From: Lytechinus pictus
Lineage: Eukaryota
DNA length: 64,000 bases
Direction of reading: 5' to 3'
NCBI RefSeq assembly: GCF_037042905.1
Contig: NC_087251.1
Coordinates: 2,358,001 to 2,422,000 of the forward strand
The translations under genes and the position numbers were made by a program. Of the stretch, positions 34,360 to 48,332 are shown piece by piece. Every line of letters starts with the position of its first letter. Positions within the stretch are counted from its first letter, which is position 1. The notes under the pieces are model-generated. The model had not been told where the DNA came from and did no database searches. It was given only the letters and a program-made list of their open reading frames with translations.

Positions 34360-34595
34360 CCAGCCATGGTGTTATTTCCTTCAGCAAGAAATTTATCCAC
34401 ATTGTGCTGCACTCAACCCAGGTGAGGTGAATGGGTACCCGGTAGGAAGAAATTCCTTGAATGCTTGAGTGCCTAGGCAGCCTGGCTAAAGCCGGGGTAA
34501 TAAAAGCAGGGCCTTTTGAGAGAACAGTTTTCAGAACTGAAGTGGCTTCCCAGGGTAAATATACCTATATTATTATTGTTATTATTATTATTATT
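34360..34595 (+). mobile_element. tRNA-derived SINE, family 1, 5'-truncated
   Basis: Begins at ccagccatgg, shared core, (TAT)n tail. Confidence 0.85.
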
Positions 34596-37494
34596 AATGG
34601 ATGAGTAAAACATTTAGATGTACATGAGAAACAAAGTTAGTTATTGATTTTTTTTAATTGATCATACATATTTATATTTCAAGAGATGAATATGGTGCTC
34701 ATGAAAAATTCTGCATTTTTATTGAAGTAATGTTTGTCATGTTGAATGCATATGTTTTCATAGTAAATGATTTATGAATATAAATAGAAAAGAAGGGGAA
34801 TAATAAATAGGATTGGGAGATATCAATAACGAGTGGGGCAGGAGGAATGCTAAAATACAAAAGAAACTTATTTCAACTGTGTTGTCTCAAAATGCTATAA
34901 AAGCAGTGCTAAGCACAATCCAAACTGTTGCAGAGTAGACATTGTAATCTGTATTGAGTAGATCAGCGACGTGCATTAACTTACCAGGGGAGAAGAGACA
35001 AGCTTGTTCTAGTAAACCTAGACACTGGGCTGAAAAGGTCATTTCTTTAAAATTATTTGCATTTAAGATGCTTGGTTTGCAGAGAAGCGATATGTATGAA
35101 AAGCACAGGCTAGATCAATCATATCTGTGGTGTCTTGCTGCAAAGAAATAAAGTTGACGTCATCTTCTTGACATTCTTTCTCATGCTCTCTCTCACTGTT
35201 CTCATTCTGTCATTGCTCTTCATACTCTATTATCTTTTTCCTTGTCTCATTCCTTCTTTTTATACTTTTTTTTTAATTCTACCTCCTTTCTATGAGTCCC
35301 CCCCCCCCTTCTTTGTGCTTTTACTCTCTCTATTTCTTACTTTCTCATTGGCTGTTCTCTTTTGTTTTTCTAATTTTCCTTCTTAAAAAAATTGTCCTGT
35401 TATTTCTACCTCATTGTCTCTCTTTCCCTTTCTCTTCCTGCTTCCCTCTCTCCATTATCGCTTTCCCCTTTATTATCAACATTAACTATTTTCACTCTAT
35501 AAGTATCTTGTCATACCCTTAGAATGTTCTTCAATCATTTGGGAAACCCATCCTGATATTACATTCTTCTACCAAAAATAAACAAAACGAACAAACATGA
35601 AAATGAGAGAAACTTATCCAGCAGGGTTTGACAAAATTCAAACAAATGATAAAGAAGTGGATGAAATTTAAAGTTTGTACTTAATTTTCCAGGTATTCTC
35701 TTCTCATGTGCCTCTTGTGCATGGTATGAACTATATTCTTGAAGAATAATCTCTATTTTTCTTGAAGTTACTTTTTTTTAAATCCATTAATTTCACTTGT
35801 TTATAAAATATAATATAAATTGATATTTTCTTAGCAGTCAGGAACATCTAACTCAAACCATAGATGTAAACTATCCGATAGCCAATTATCTTTCTTTCAT
35901 GTTCCTTTCATTTCTTTGTCAGTTCTTATGATATAGCTTGTTAGAATTATTCAGGGCCTCGGGCTTTCAGCCATGTCACATTAAAGATTTAAGTACTAGG
36001 ACAAGAAGAGAAGACAAGGTGGGGTGGGGTGAGGTTTAGATTTGGGTTGTGGAGCAGGGGAAGGGGTAGAATTTAGAATATGGAGAAGTGGTGTTGATTG
36101 ATATTGAGGCTTGGGAAGGAGGGAGGGGGGGATAGAGAAGAAAAGTGGTATAGATTAGAGTTGACAAGCCTAAAATTATTTCAATTGAAAAAAAAGTCAA
36201 ACAACAATTAACTGTATATTAAGTTTTCAATGATTAAATTTAATAGAGATATAGACGTCACTATATACAAGTCATTGGAATAGTGAAATCAAAAGTTCAT
36301 CTTTCCCTTTTCATGTTATTATTTATCTTTATTTGATTCTATTATTGTAAGATACAATGAGAATATCTTTCAAATCACAAGAAAATTCATACAGTAATTA
36401 TCTTCATGAACTTATTATAATTTTCATCACCACTACCACCACCACTATCATCATCATCACATCACCATTCCCATCATTGTCATCATCATTATCACAATCA
36501 TCACCATTGTCATCACAATCACTGTCCTCATATATTTGAGCTTATCATGTTTGAGTATTATGCATATTACAAATGGAAGGTGTAATTCCACATGTTGTCA
36601 TGGCAAAGTGTAAGCTCCTAGAATCATGAATCATTTTGATGACTCATTTCATGTTCAGCCCCTGGACCTATCTCCTGTTCCCCCTATTTCTTTCTTTCCT
36701 CAATGTGGTTAAATTCAACTCTGACATTCAGGTGTTTCTATTGCAACACACAAATAGAAGAACCATATGACCAAGTCATATGATATGATGAATGGATCTA
36801 GAGTACTGTGATATAAAGAACTTGGCCTGAATGACTCATATTTAACATAGTGGTTATTCCACTAATATATTTGTCTTGCATCAATTAAACTGATCTTGAT
36901 TCACATAAGACATTGAATGCAAAATTTATTTAAGAAATCAAGGTAGAAATATTCCGGAAATTACCATTTTATTAACGTAGCTTACATGTGTGAGAGTACT
37001 CATGCTCAACTTTGAAGATATTTTGTGATTAAATATTTTCACCTTGTTCTAAATGTATTAAAAAAATATGAATATGTATTCCATATTCGTTGATAGAAAT
37101 CAATATTGAAAAGTAGATTTTATGGACATTGAAATATTACAACTATTGGAACCATTTCATATTATATTTTATTACATAACACGCTTTGCAACTTTTAATA
37201 TTCTGAATACCCCAAATCATTTGTTTGTGCAAGCTTATAATGTGTCAATTTTTTGTGTTTTTTGTTTAAAACTCTGAACGATCCTGTCTTCATTAGAATC
37301 TATGCATTCATTGGGTAGCATAGGGGTTAATGATACTTGTGGTATTTAGGTCAATATCCTTTCCACTTCAAACTAAGTGGTGCGAATCAACATAGGAATT
37401 TAACATTGACTATTGAGGGCATGCCATATACTAGTAGGACATGATGGAGATGGCTGGGTTTATTCTGACTCTGGTTTAGAAGAAGATGGGGTCA

Positions 37495-37780
37495 CACAGA
37501 GAGAAAAGACAAATAGAGAAGAGAAGGAAAGAAAAATGAAGAGAAGAGAAAAAAATAGAAGAGAAGAGAAGAAAATAGAAGACAAGAGAAAGAGAATATA
37601 AGAAGATAGAAGACAAGAGAGGAAAGGGAAAGAGAAGAGAGAAAATGGAAAGAGAAGAGAGAAAAAGAGGCAAGAGAGGAGAGAGGAAGGTAAGAGAATA
37701 AAATAAAAGAGAAGAGAGGAGAAGAAAAGAAAATAGAAGACAAGAGAAAGAGAATATAAGAAGATAGAAGACAAGAGAGT
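37495..37780. repeat. Polypurine (AG-rich) tract with a ~50-bp direct repeat
   Basis: aaatagaagacaagagaaagagaatataagaagatagaagacaagagag at ~37573 and ~37731. Confidence 0.8.
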
Positions 37781-38152
37781 ATCATTAACATACTGGGTTC
37801 ACATCTAACCAAGATGTGACTCATTATATACATGTTGATTATTATTAGTATTTCCAATTTTTAATTTTATGTGTTTAAATGTTTCATTGTAAATACTTTT
37901 TCCTATATGTAATGTGCTTTGTACCTTTTTAAGAAAGGCCCTATAGAAGTATTAATATTATTGTTATTATTGATATTTATATTATTATTATTGTTGTTAT
38001 TATTATTATTATTATTATCATTATACAGATAAGTAAGTAATATTGTACTGATATTGGTTTTGATAGATTTTTATAATGGTCCTTGTCATTAGCAAATCAT
38101 TGATTTTTTTTTTTTAGATTTGTGACCTTAATGTAAAGACTTCATGAAGTAA

Positions 38153-38987
38153 TTTTTGTCTCACCTGCATAGCAGAGTGAAACTATAGGTGCCGCTTTTC
38201 CGATGCGTCGTTGGCAGCGGTGTCAACGTCAAATCTTGACCGAAGATTAAGTTTTTGAAATGACAGCATAACTTAGAAAGTATATGGACCTAGTTCATGA
38301 AACTTGGTCATAAGGTTAATCAAGTATTACTGAACATCCTGTTTTAGTTTCAGGTCACATGACCAAGATCAAAGGTCATTTAGGGTCAATGATCTTAGAC
38401 CATGTTGGGGGAGTCAATATCGAAATCTTAACCTAAGGTTAAGTTATTAAAATATCATAACTTTGAAAGTGTATGGACCTACTTCTTGAAACATCCTGCC
38501 CGAGTTGCAAGTCACATGACCAAGGTCAAAGGTCATTTGGTGTCAATGATCTTTGGCCAAGTTGGGGGTATTTGTTGAATTACCATGATAACTTTGAAAG
38601 TTTATGTATCTGATTCATAAAACTTGGACATAAGAGTAATCAAGTATCACTGAACATCCTGTGTGAGTTCAGGTCACATTACCGAGGTCAAGGCTTATTA
38701 ATGTCAATGAACTTTGTTGGAGGTAATTATTAAATTGCTGAAACAACTTTTAAAGTTTATGGATATAGTTTATGATTTGCAGACATAGGGGTAATCAAGT
38801 ATCACTGACAAGTCTTGGGTCACATGATCAAGGTCAAATGTCATTTAGGGTCAATGAACGTAGTATTGTATCATCATATGAATGGTGTTTTTGTGAATAA
38901 TTATTTTATAGTAATTTTCAAAGTCAGCACTGCTGCTGTATTGAATCGCATAATGCAGGCGAGACTGCCAGAGGCGCTCCACTGGTT
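38153..38987 (+). mobile_element. Helentron-associated element, four monomers
   Basis: Same ends (gtctcacctgcatagcagag... / atgcaggcgagactgccagaggcgctccact) and monomers as 14156-15198. Confidence 0.75.
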
Positions 38988-40350
38988 ATTTATAAAATTA
39001 TGAGTGCAACAACTACATGTATATAATATTGAATTAAGCTCTTTTACATTCACTCATCTTACTTGGCTTTAATCAATACTATGTGGTACATGGTGTAATT
39101 TCATTACATTAAATTTTTAAGAAATGCAAGAAGTTTTTTAAAGGAATGAAGTCATCGCTATAAAAATCGCTATAAAAAAAAAGAGAAAAGAAGAAGTTAA
39201 GAAAAGGACTCTCAATATAAATCATTTCTGATGCATACTTTGGCATTCTAAAGAGGTTTCAGGAGTTTGAAGTCTGAGGCATAGGTGCGAATGGAAAGGC
39301 ATGCATGCTCCTCGGAGTGATATTACATTGACGGCAGATATGACAAATGACTGTGTGAAACCTGTTAGGATACGCAGATAAACAGGACATAAATATGAGT
39401 GTGTGGGACATGCATGATAGCGTACCTCTAGATTGTATGCCGTTACTGCAGATAGGTGATTGTCATTATGGGTTGGGACATCATTAAAGGTATTGTAGAA
39501 TATTGGTAGATGCATCCCATCCTAAGAAAGATTTTATTTTCTAAAATATGAAATTCAGATGTTCATAAGTACTAGTACCTCAATTTTTGGGTGTCATAAA
39601 TTTATGATATTTCTTTTCAAAATATGCCCATTTCATTAATATAAAGATTAAAGAGAAATACAGTTACTTGTTTGAAGTGAAAATATGATACATTACTCTT
39701 GCATGTATCGTTTTTTTTTACATTTGTATACTTCAAACATCTTGAGGATTTGTAATTTTAATGTTTAAAATCATCCAATTTGTCATAGACAGAGTAACAT
39801 CAATGTCTCATTTTAATTATTTTACATTGTTGTAGTTAAAATGAACTTAATCCAAGAAATTATTTTTTTTGCTTTTTGCCATAGGAGTGACAATTGACAA
39901 GATGTTTAATATACTCCCATTGATGAATATGTGATAGATGTGACCAGTGTATTGTAACTTTTATACCACACACAACTGGGAATTTAAGTGTGATTTTTAG
40001 TCAGACTTAAATCCTCTATTTTATTTTAGTTAGATTTAAATCTTTGTGAAACACCCCCAGACTACGAAGAGCTATGAGTGTGATATGGAGTTGAATCTCC
40101 TATCAACATTCGTCTTGAGAACTCTCATTTAATATGAGTCTGGGGGCTAGTTTGTACCCTCCTCCAACCCATTGCACAGGCCCTAAACCTTCCATAATAT
40201 ACAGAGAAGTGGCTCACAAATCATATTCTCTCCTCTGATGCATGTCTTTATGTACCTTCTTCAGTTTTGTAATTGTTGTACTCTGTGTCTTATTGTCTAG
40301 CAAAGTTCTTAATATCCTTGCTTTTGTTTGTCCTATCTTATAGTTTCTTA

Positions 40351-40712
40351 AGGCCACTCCACACCTTACGACTGTTCGCGATCCGATTTTGGAACAAATC
40401 GCATTTTGCTCATTTTCTGAAAATGTAATATAACCATTTTGAAAGATTGCAAGCCTTTATTTTGGAGTAAAGGCCAAATTAGTTTCAAATCGTAGCAAAT
40501 CGTACGACTGCTATGACGTCATTACGACTAGATATAAAATTTGCTTTTATTCTAAGAAGGATAATAGCATAGTCACAGATTTGAACAGAGGTATTTGTAC
40601 GATGATGTCGAACATTACGCAGTAAGATATTCCAAGTCTCAATATTAGCATCAAATTCTACGTTTTATTCCAAAAGTGAGTCGCAGACCAATGGTAAGGT
40701 GTGCGGTCGCCT
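40351..40712. mobile_element. PIF/Harbinger-like MITE
   Basis: TTA|AGGCCACTCCACACCTTAC ... GTAAGGTGTGCGGTCGCCT|TTA (3-bp TTA TSD). Confidence 0.8.
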
Positions 40713-43700
40713 TTATGTGTTTCTTTTATATTTTTTGTTTTCATTTTTAACACCAAGGTGATGTAGGTTTTAAAATTTTAACAAATCTAGCATTTTGATT
40801 TGTAATCTCTCATAAATAAGGTTTCATTCTGAATTGTCTTTAAAATATTCAAACAATTTTTCTATATGTAAATTTATATTTGTTAGCATGTTTGTACAAA
40901 TATATGTATGTAACAATAGTTTAGCCTATTCAAATGCCCAGAGGGTGTGCTTTTTCAGCATTATCTGATTTAAAATTATGATTTTCTGGTTAAATTGTAG
41001 GACACAGTGTGCTTATACTGATCCTGTACATGCATTGGCATACCCTTTGAATTAAATTTTTGTCAACTTTCTTGTTCCAGTTGGTCAAGGTACCAAGTTT
41101 TGTGTGCAAGCAATACCGAGCATTTATTCTGAGAAATTTTCCTGTTTTGTAGTAAATAAATTTGGGAATTTTCAAATTCTCTTTTTTTTTTGCAGTGTGA
41201 ATGGAGCTAAGAGAGCATTCCCTGCAATTTGTTTTCATATGGTTCTGATTAAATTCCTTTCTCTGATAAATGGAGTTGAAGAGAAACAGGACAATTCTCT
41301 CTTTCTCTTTCCTGCGATTGTCTTACAAAAGGTAAACTAATATTGCATGTCTGCGATAAATATGAGTTAAGAAATGAAATGAATTGGGGAAGAAAGACAT
41401 GATCAAAGACAGTCATAATGGTATCTATAGCAGTGATAATATTGAATGCATCCTAAGCTAAACTTGTTAGAGCGTCTTTTGATTTCAGCCTCCCACCCAC
41501 CCACACACATTTTTCTCTGTCACTTTGCCACGACACCATCTCTCCCTCTTATATTGGTCTGATGAGCCTGCTTGATCACAGACAAGAACCCTGGTAATGC
41601 AAGAGAGAAACTCCCAATTTTTCATGCAATTATGAGTTTGTCATCGTCGGGATCAGCTGGCCGTCGCGGCCCCTCGCCGCTCAAACCACCTGTTTTATTT
41701 CGCCAACACAAGAAGAGGGTGCTGCCAGCTAGGGCTAGGGAGCTGGGCATAGTTTCTACCACAAACACGGAGGGGGAATGACGTTTTTCGGCACAATCTA
41801 ATTGGATCGAGTTTCTTTAATATGATCGGAGCGATGATGGAGATCACGAATGGGACTGTAGGAGAGGATTGGGATCTTGACAGTCAAGCAAGGGAGGCAT
41901 TTAATGTAATCAAGGAACGCTTCCAATTCAAGGGGCTTTTCCTCTCAACGCCTTAGCAAGAGAGGTTCTTGGTATCTAGGGAGGGAGCGTTCACGTTTTC
42001 TTCTCAATCATTATCTAAGTTGATTTACATAATCAAATGTGAAAGCAGCCTTTCATGACAGAATATTCATTAGTGAAAAACAATATTTAGTTTCATGAGA
42101 TATCAAGTAATCCAAACTGATTTAGGCCGTGTTCCTACTTTACACATGTATATCTTCATATAAGATTTGATTTTACTTTTCATCCTGGCAGTGATTCGCT
42201 ATATAGTTCTTTGGATTTATTTAGCAATCAAAGATATGAGAAGAAAATAATGAATTTCTGTTTTATGTCTATCAGCTGATGATAATTAATCTATGTGAGA
42301 TGCTTATATTGTTGTGAATAGTTCATGTCCACTTTAATTTGGTTTTGATATTATTTCTGACAAAAATTCTTGATATTAAGCTACCTCTTTAATAATCCTG
42401 AGATATTGAAACAGTTTGTGATTTGTAGATTATTTGGTGTCAAGGGCAAGTTTGACATATTAGATATTATAATTCACACAAGAAGTATCAGTATTTTCTT
42501 ATCAATCAAATGAAATGATTTGACAAAGCAAGTTAAACAAAAACAATACACAGTATAATACACAGTTTGATGATCAAATCATCAATTTTGAAATATCACT
42601 TTACATGTTGCAGATCAAATCAGTAAGATGCTACTGTTTTGTGAATATCACGTGAATATTATAGATGTTGGAGAATGAGCATGAGTAAATGTGAACAGAT
42701 GATAAAACCTTGTACTCTCTACAGACATCTTTATGCACTAAACTGGCTAGCCCCGACCTTAAACAAGCTCGTTCTCTTGATCCAATTGTCTTGCCCTTAT
42801 CCCCTCTTCTCTCTCAATTCCAATCTTAACTTTCATTTTAAAGGACTTAAGAGTTCCTTTTCTGGAGCTTTCTGATCAACAGGACAGTCTCTCCTACAAC
42901 ATATATATTTTTTGTTTATCATTTGCTGGGTGCCATTTGGTCTAATTCCCATATTGTGTAACATCAGTATGGCTGAACACTCTTATTGTTTTTTATTTTT
43001 TACATTGATGAATTTCATGGCATAAAACAATGATTTACAAAGTATAGTTTACAAACTCTTGCACAAAAATAAATAATAATGTTGTTATAAAAAGTTTACA
43101 ATCATGTGTTTTCATTTTCTCGTCAAAAAATGAGTGTATTGGACTATTGGTCTTTGTGATAGTGTACATAATTCTTTAAAGAAGCTTTATAGAATTAGTT
43201 TTAGTGTTTCAGCGATTTACAGAGTACTGTTATGTTTGTCATTTACTTACCACCATCCCCCATATAAATATCATTTTATGCAAATTGTTACAACTTTGTT
43301 AGGACAGTGATTTCATTCAGTAACAGTTGTTTATGAAAAGGCAAGATGGTATTAAAGATGTGTTAGTGGTATATTAGCGTATTCTTCAGGGTCTAAACAC
43401 TCATTATTTCCATTCTTGATAAGCCCTTATATGGACTTGGGACACAAATATAAATTTTGTATAACTTGTACATGCTCATTGGAGTGGATACCTCCAAGGA
43501 GCGTGTCCAGTCTTTCTTTGCATATATAGATACATAGTAGGGCTATTTACAAGGATGTACCCATATGGAGTTATTGGAAGGAAATGCATAATGCATACAC
43601 CCGATTATCAAAGCTCATGTGAAGCTTTGGTAAACAGTCATTAACATGAATTAGATTTGAGCATTACCGAACGTCCCTATCTTACAAAAGTGTACTGGTC

Positions 43701-46700
43701 ATCAAATATTTTATTTAGCTGTTCTTTATGAAATTAGAATTTTTAATATCCAAATATCTACTATATAGCACCCATCCCCACTCTGTATTTTAAAGAAATT
43801 TTCTTTGAAAACGGTCTATTGATCACTTATCTTACAAATTAAGTGATTGTATTTGATCAGAAAGCTAGAAATAGGTAATTTCATTCTGTTCAAAGTATGA
43901 GAAGAAGTTTTCTGTCAACAAGAATAAGCAATACCCAGGTACATGAGCAAAATACATTTTCATGTAAAACACATTTATCCCCTGTGTCCCACTCCCTGTC
44001 TGCTAGGTACAGTTGTATATGAGAAATCACTTGGGAATAGACAAATATTTTGTAAGGTTTATTGAAATGTTAGTATTTTGCTGAGTGCTCCATATTGCTC
44101 CATGGATTTAAACACAATCTACCATAAACCAGACAGCAAAACTACACTTATTTTGTAAAAAAAAAAAATCAGGCGATAAAACTAGGCACAATTTATTCCA
44201 ACTCAAGCTTTTGGAGGGGAGGTATTAAAAAAAAAAACTCATCAATATACAGCTCGGGCTTCATGGAATGCAATAAGGTTTGTTGTCGTTAATCATTCAT
44301 TTCCCTGGAATGAATTAGTGATTTAGCTCTACATGCATGTTATGTCCTACTTCACAAACTCATGAATGATCATGTACAACCTTTCTGTCTGTTTCATTTG
44401 TAAAGGAGGTAAAATGTTTTACTTCTGACCTTTGAAGTACTCCTGTAACAAGTTCGTTGTACTTTGGGAAGTCTTTGTGTTTAATGTTCACTTAATAACA
44501 TCAATGTATGTTGCTTTGGAATTCTGTTCTAAATTTTATTCCTAAAAATTATTAAGTCAGCAGCAGACAAGTTTATCAAGGATGTTTGATTCAAAGAAAT
44601 ATTTTGGGACGGACAAGGGCGAATTCTGAAAGATGACTAGTATGTCAATGAAGGGTAATGATATAATTTATGAGACATTTTCTGTGAGACAATGTTCTTG
44701 TATTAAGCTTTAAAGATATTCACCCTGCCCAGTAGGTGTGCCTCATCCACCTATGTTATAGTCTGTAGGAAAGCATGCTTTGGAGTCAGAGTGCCTAGAG
44801 TCCTGTAATTTGGTCGTGCATGTAGCACCTTATTGCTTTGTAGCCAGGGGTTCTCTGCATGTAACAATTGCTACAGTGATCTCGCAGTGTCCCGGAAAAT
44901 ATCATGTGACAGCAAGAACCAGCAAAATAATTTGCTCGAATCAAATTCATACTTTGGAGTAGAAAGAAAGAGGGAGGAGAACTATACCGAGGTCCAGGCA
45001 AGGAGAAAATATGATAGATAGAGAGTGAGGGAGAGAGAGGGGTGGGGGAATGGGAGGGGGGGGGGTAATATAAAGGTGAAAGGTTTGATTTGGTTATGTG
45101 TGTATGTCAGAGAAAGAGAGAGCTGTCAAAAGATAGAAAAGTAACTATCAATGAATAAAGAATGAATGAATGAAAGAAATAAAGAAGAGCAGGATGAAAA
45201 TGAGTAAATAGCAGGAGAATGCAGGATATGAAAAAAAAATGTGACTGCATGGGGAATATGTTCTACAAATGAAAAGAAATGGAAAGCTTGCATTCATGAA
45301 GATTTGTTATGTGAGTAGTTATATAAAAAATGTTTTGTGATAAATCACTTCATGTTTTTAAAATTAATTTTTAAATTGCTTCCCTTTTCCGTGTATTGTA
45401 TAAAAACAGACACTTTGAGGATTTGATAATTGAATAGATTTGGAGTAAAACATAGTTTGGTGTGTAATAGTAAACTGTGCTCTAGATATGATTAATGTTA
45501 TTATGCTTAGCAAGCTTTCTGAGGGAACTGATGGCAGACATTAACGTTAACGGCTGAGTGCTGCTTTTCTTTTTTCTTTTGCATCTCCATCACTTGTCTA
45601 CCCTTGTCTTTTTTTTATAAAGTAGTTTTTTGTGTGTGCGGGGTGCAGAGGCATGCAAAATGCCTTGAACCCGGTATGGTATCACACCAGGCGTACAAAT
45701 GTATGACGTCAATGGGACACAGCCTGTCAGGCATCGTGCCACACGGGCAAGGGAAGAGGGAATGAAGAGTAGAGAGTGAGAGATAGAGAAAGAGAGGGGG
45801 AGGAGGGAGGAAGAGAAGATGCCTCTGGGGCTGATAGACCTTCTATGCTGACATTTAAAGGGGCTCAGACTGTGTGTGTTTAGCAATGGCTGTCAGAGTC
45901 ATCATGTAAATGCCTGGTTTGCTTCAAGCCTGAAACAATTTCATTCCTCTTGGCTCACTCCCCCTCCCAGCATCTCTCCCTCCCTCCCTGTCTGAATCCC
46001 TCATCTATCTTTATCTCAACAAATCCCCTTTTTCACTATTTACTGATATTTTTTGTTAGTTCAATACATTTCTTCCATCTTATACATATAATATTTATAA
46101 AAAGAATATTTGAGATTTATTTTTTACGCAGTTCACTTTGACATTCTTTTCATTTTTTTTAGATGGAACCTCAGTCTTCTGCATTGGTGTATGCTTTCCC
46201 CATTTTCTTTTTTTTTTCTCCCTCTCTGTCACCCTTAATACATTCTCTTTTCTTTTTCTATCTCTCCTTCCATCACATCATTTAATCTATCTTTCCCTTA
46301 TCCAATTTTACTTTCTCCCCCCCTCGCTTTATCTTGCTTTTTCTCTATCCTCTATATCTTTCTCTCTCTCCTTTCCTTCATATATCTTTCTCATATGGTA
46401 TCTGCCAACATACCTAATCTTCAACTATTGTTCAGTATTGCTCTTCTTCTCTCTCTTTCTCTCCTATACTTTTTTTTATCTCTCATTCTCATACACTTAT
46501 TATCTATCAATATGTTGTTGTTTTTTTCAAACAAAATAAGTAATAACACAATTTCAAAGTGATTTTACATGAAATATAGATTCACACTAATTCACACAAT
46601 ATTTTTTTAATTGTATGTATTTTATGAATTTTCACTTGAAATTATGAAAATCTAAGTATAATTATTAGAGTAGGTAGAATAATGATTCAAATTCCTTCTT

Positions 46701-46767
46701 TAATTTTCTTTGTATAGTAATAAAGAATCAGAATGACTAAAGTATCATGATGATAATATGCTCCCAT

Positions 46768-48332
46768 CAGCGGCGTAACAGGGGTCGGTGGCCAGGGGGG
46801 CAAGAGCAAAAATTTTCCCGGTCATATGGTATGAACAGGCGTAATAGTGTAATGAGGCGACGATTTTGAGAGGGCCAGATATTGCGTATCGGGCAGAATT
46901 TATCTTTAATAAAAAAAGTTGCGAGCGAGCGAGTAAAAATTTTGACATTTTTAATACAAAAATCCAATTTTGTGATAGATTTTGACATGATTTCCAGAGA
47001 ATAATAACTCTCTTTCCATTCCTTTTTTTGCTGTTTGAACTCCACTGTGGACAGGGTTTTTTGCAGTAGTAACGTGAAGAGTACAAAAAACGAGGTGCAC
47101 AGTATGGCACATGTGCTAAAAAGCTGCTTAATATAAGTCCTGAGCGAGCGAAGCGAGCGAGAAAAAAATCACCTTTTCATGAGAAGCTAACTTTTAGATA
47201 TTTTTTGACATTATATTCAGTAAATAAAATCATATCCTTCACTTTCCTTTGCTTTTCTTTCCTCCTTTTTTTTTTGCTATTGGTTGTAGAACTTTTTGGG
47301 CCATGGCCCAACCCTTCCATACTCATATACGGCAGTGCAATGCGGTTGGGGTCTTGATATCAAAGCCATTTAAACCTTGCAGATTGCCGCTATTTTTAAT
47401 CAATCGCGGGTATATACAGAATATAGCTTTTACACAACACATTTATTCAACCCAGTTGCGTAACGAATCACATAGTTTGAGGGGGCAAAACAAAGCAATG
47501 TGGTAAAATTTGTAACAAGTCGCCAGCGAGCAAAGCGAGCTGCAAAAAGTGCCTATTGAAATTGAATTCTAATTATGTGATAGATTTTTCCATTATATTC
47601 AGCAAATAACACATTTCATTGTTTCCATTAATATCATTATACTTTGTCCTATTATTTCCTCTTGGATGTGGAACCCAGACCCCCAGCGCCATTATGCCAG
47701 TGATTGAACGTAAAGCTTAATGTAGGAAGGGTCCCTATAGGGGGGTTGCGTTATAGAGCCATTTTAATGTTATAGATGAAGAGCCCCTCCTGCGTGGGGT
47801 CTGGGGCAAAGCCCCGGTAGCTTATTTACATGAAATTTAGCAAGATTATAGCACAATGTTGTATACTGTCCATCTTTCTTCCCGCTCTTTACGTTCAATC
47901 CTCGGCAGCCTGGTCGTGTTATTAAGTTGTGTTTTTTTTTGGTCCCATTTCTTTGTTTTCCAATTTAGCTTTCGACTAATTCCATTCTACCTTCGTTTCC
48001 CGCTATTGTTTGCCACTTTGCCATCTTTTGATTTATTTCCCATCATGCTATTGCATTACATAGGCCTATTTCGGAAGGATTTGTTCTTTCTAAAAAAATG
48101 TTATTCTTTGTTACTTTTCCCACTTAATTCCTTCCTTTTTCATAAAAAAAAAATTATTTCTTTGTTTTCTTTTCACTTTTCCCTTTTCCTTTACTTTTCC
48201 TCCTTTCCTTTCCCCCTTTCTCTTTTTTTCTCCCTCCCTTTTCTCTTTTCCCCGTGTTTTTTAATTTTCCCGGTGAAATCCGCCAGGGGGGGGCAGCTTG
48301 CCCCCCCCCCCCCCCCGCCTGTTACGCCACTG
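46768..48332 (-). mobile_element. Non-autonomous hAT element, same family, opposite orientation
   Basis: Same TIRs; perfect 8-bp TSD GCTCCCAT (46760-46767, 48333-48340); colinear reverse complement of 17924-19394. Confidence 0.92.

Noticed and set aside
41559..41615. CTGATGAG, a possible hammerhead ribozyme core
   Set aside because: No stem II closed by GAAA at the right spacing, and no stems I/III found.
42990..43630. Possible decayed minus-strand LINE 3' fragments (also ~30440-31060 and ~58560-59150)
   Set aside because: Composition is suggestive but I could not recover convincing protein motifs by eye; needs RepeatMasker or TBLASTN.
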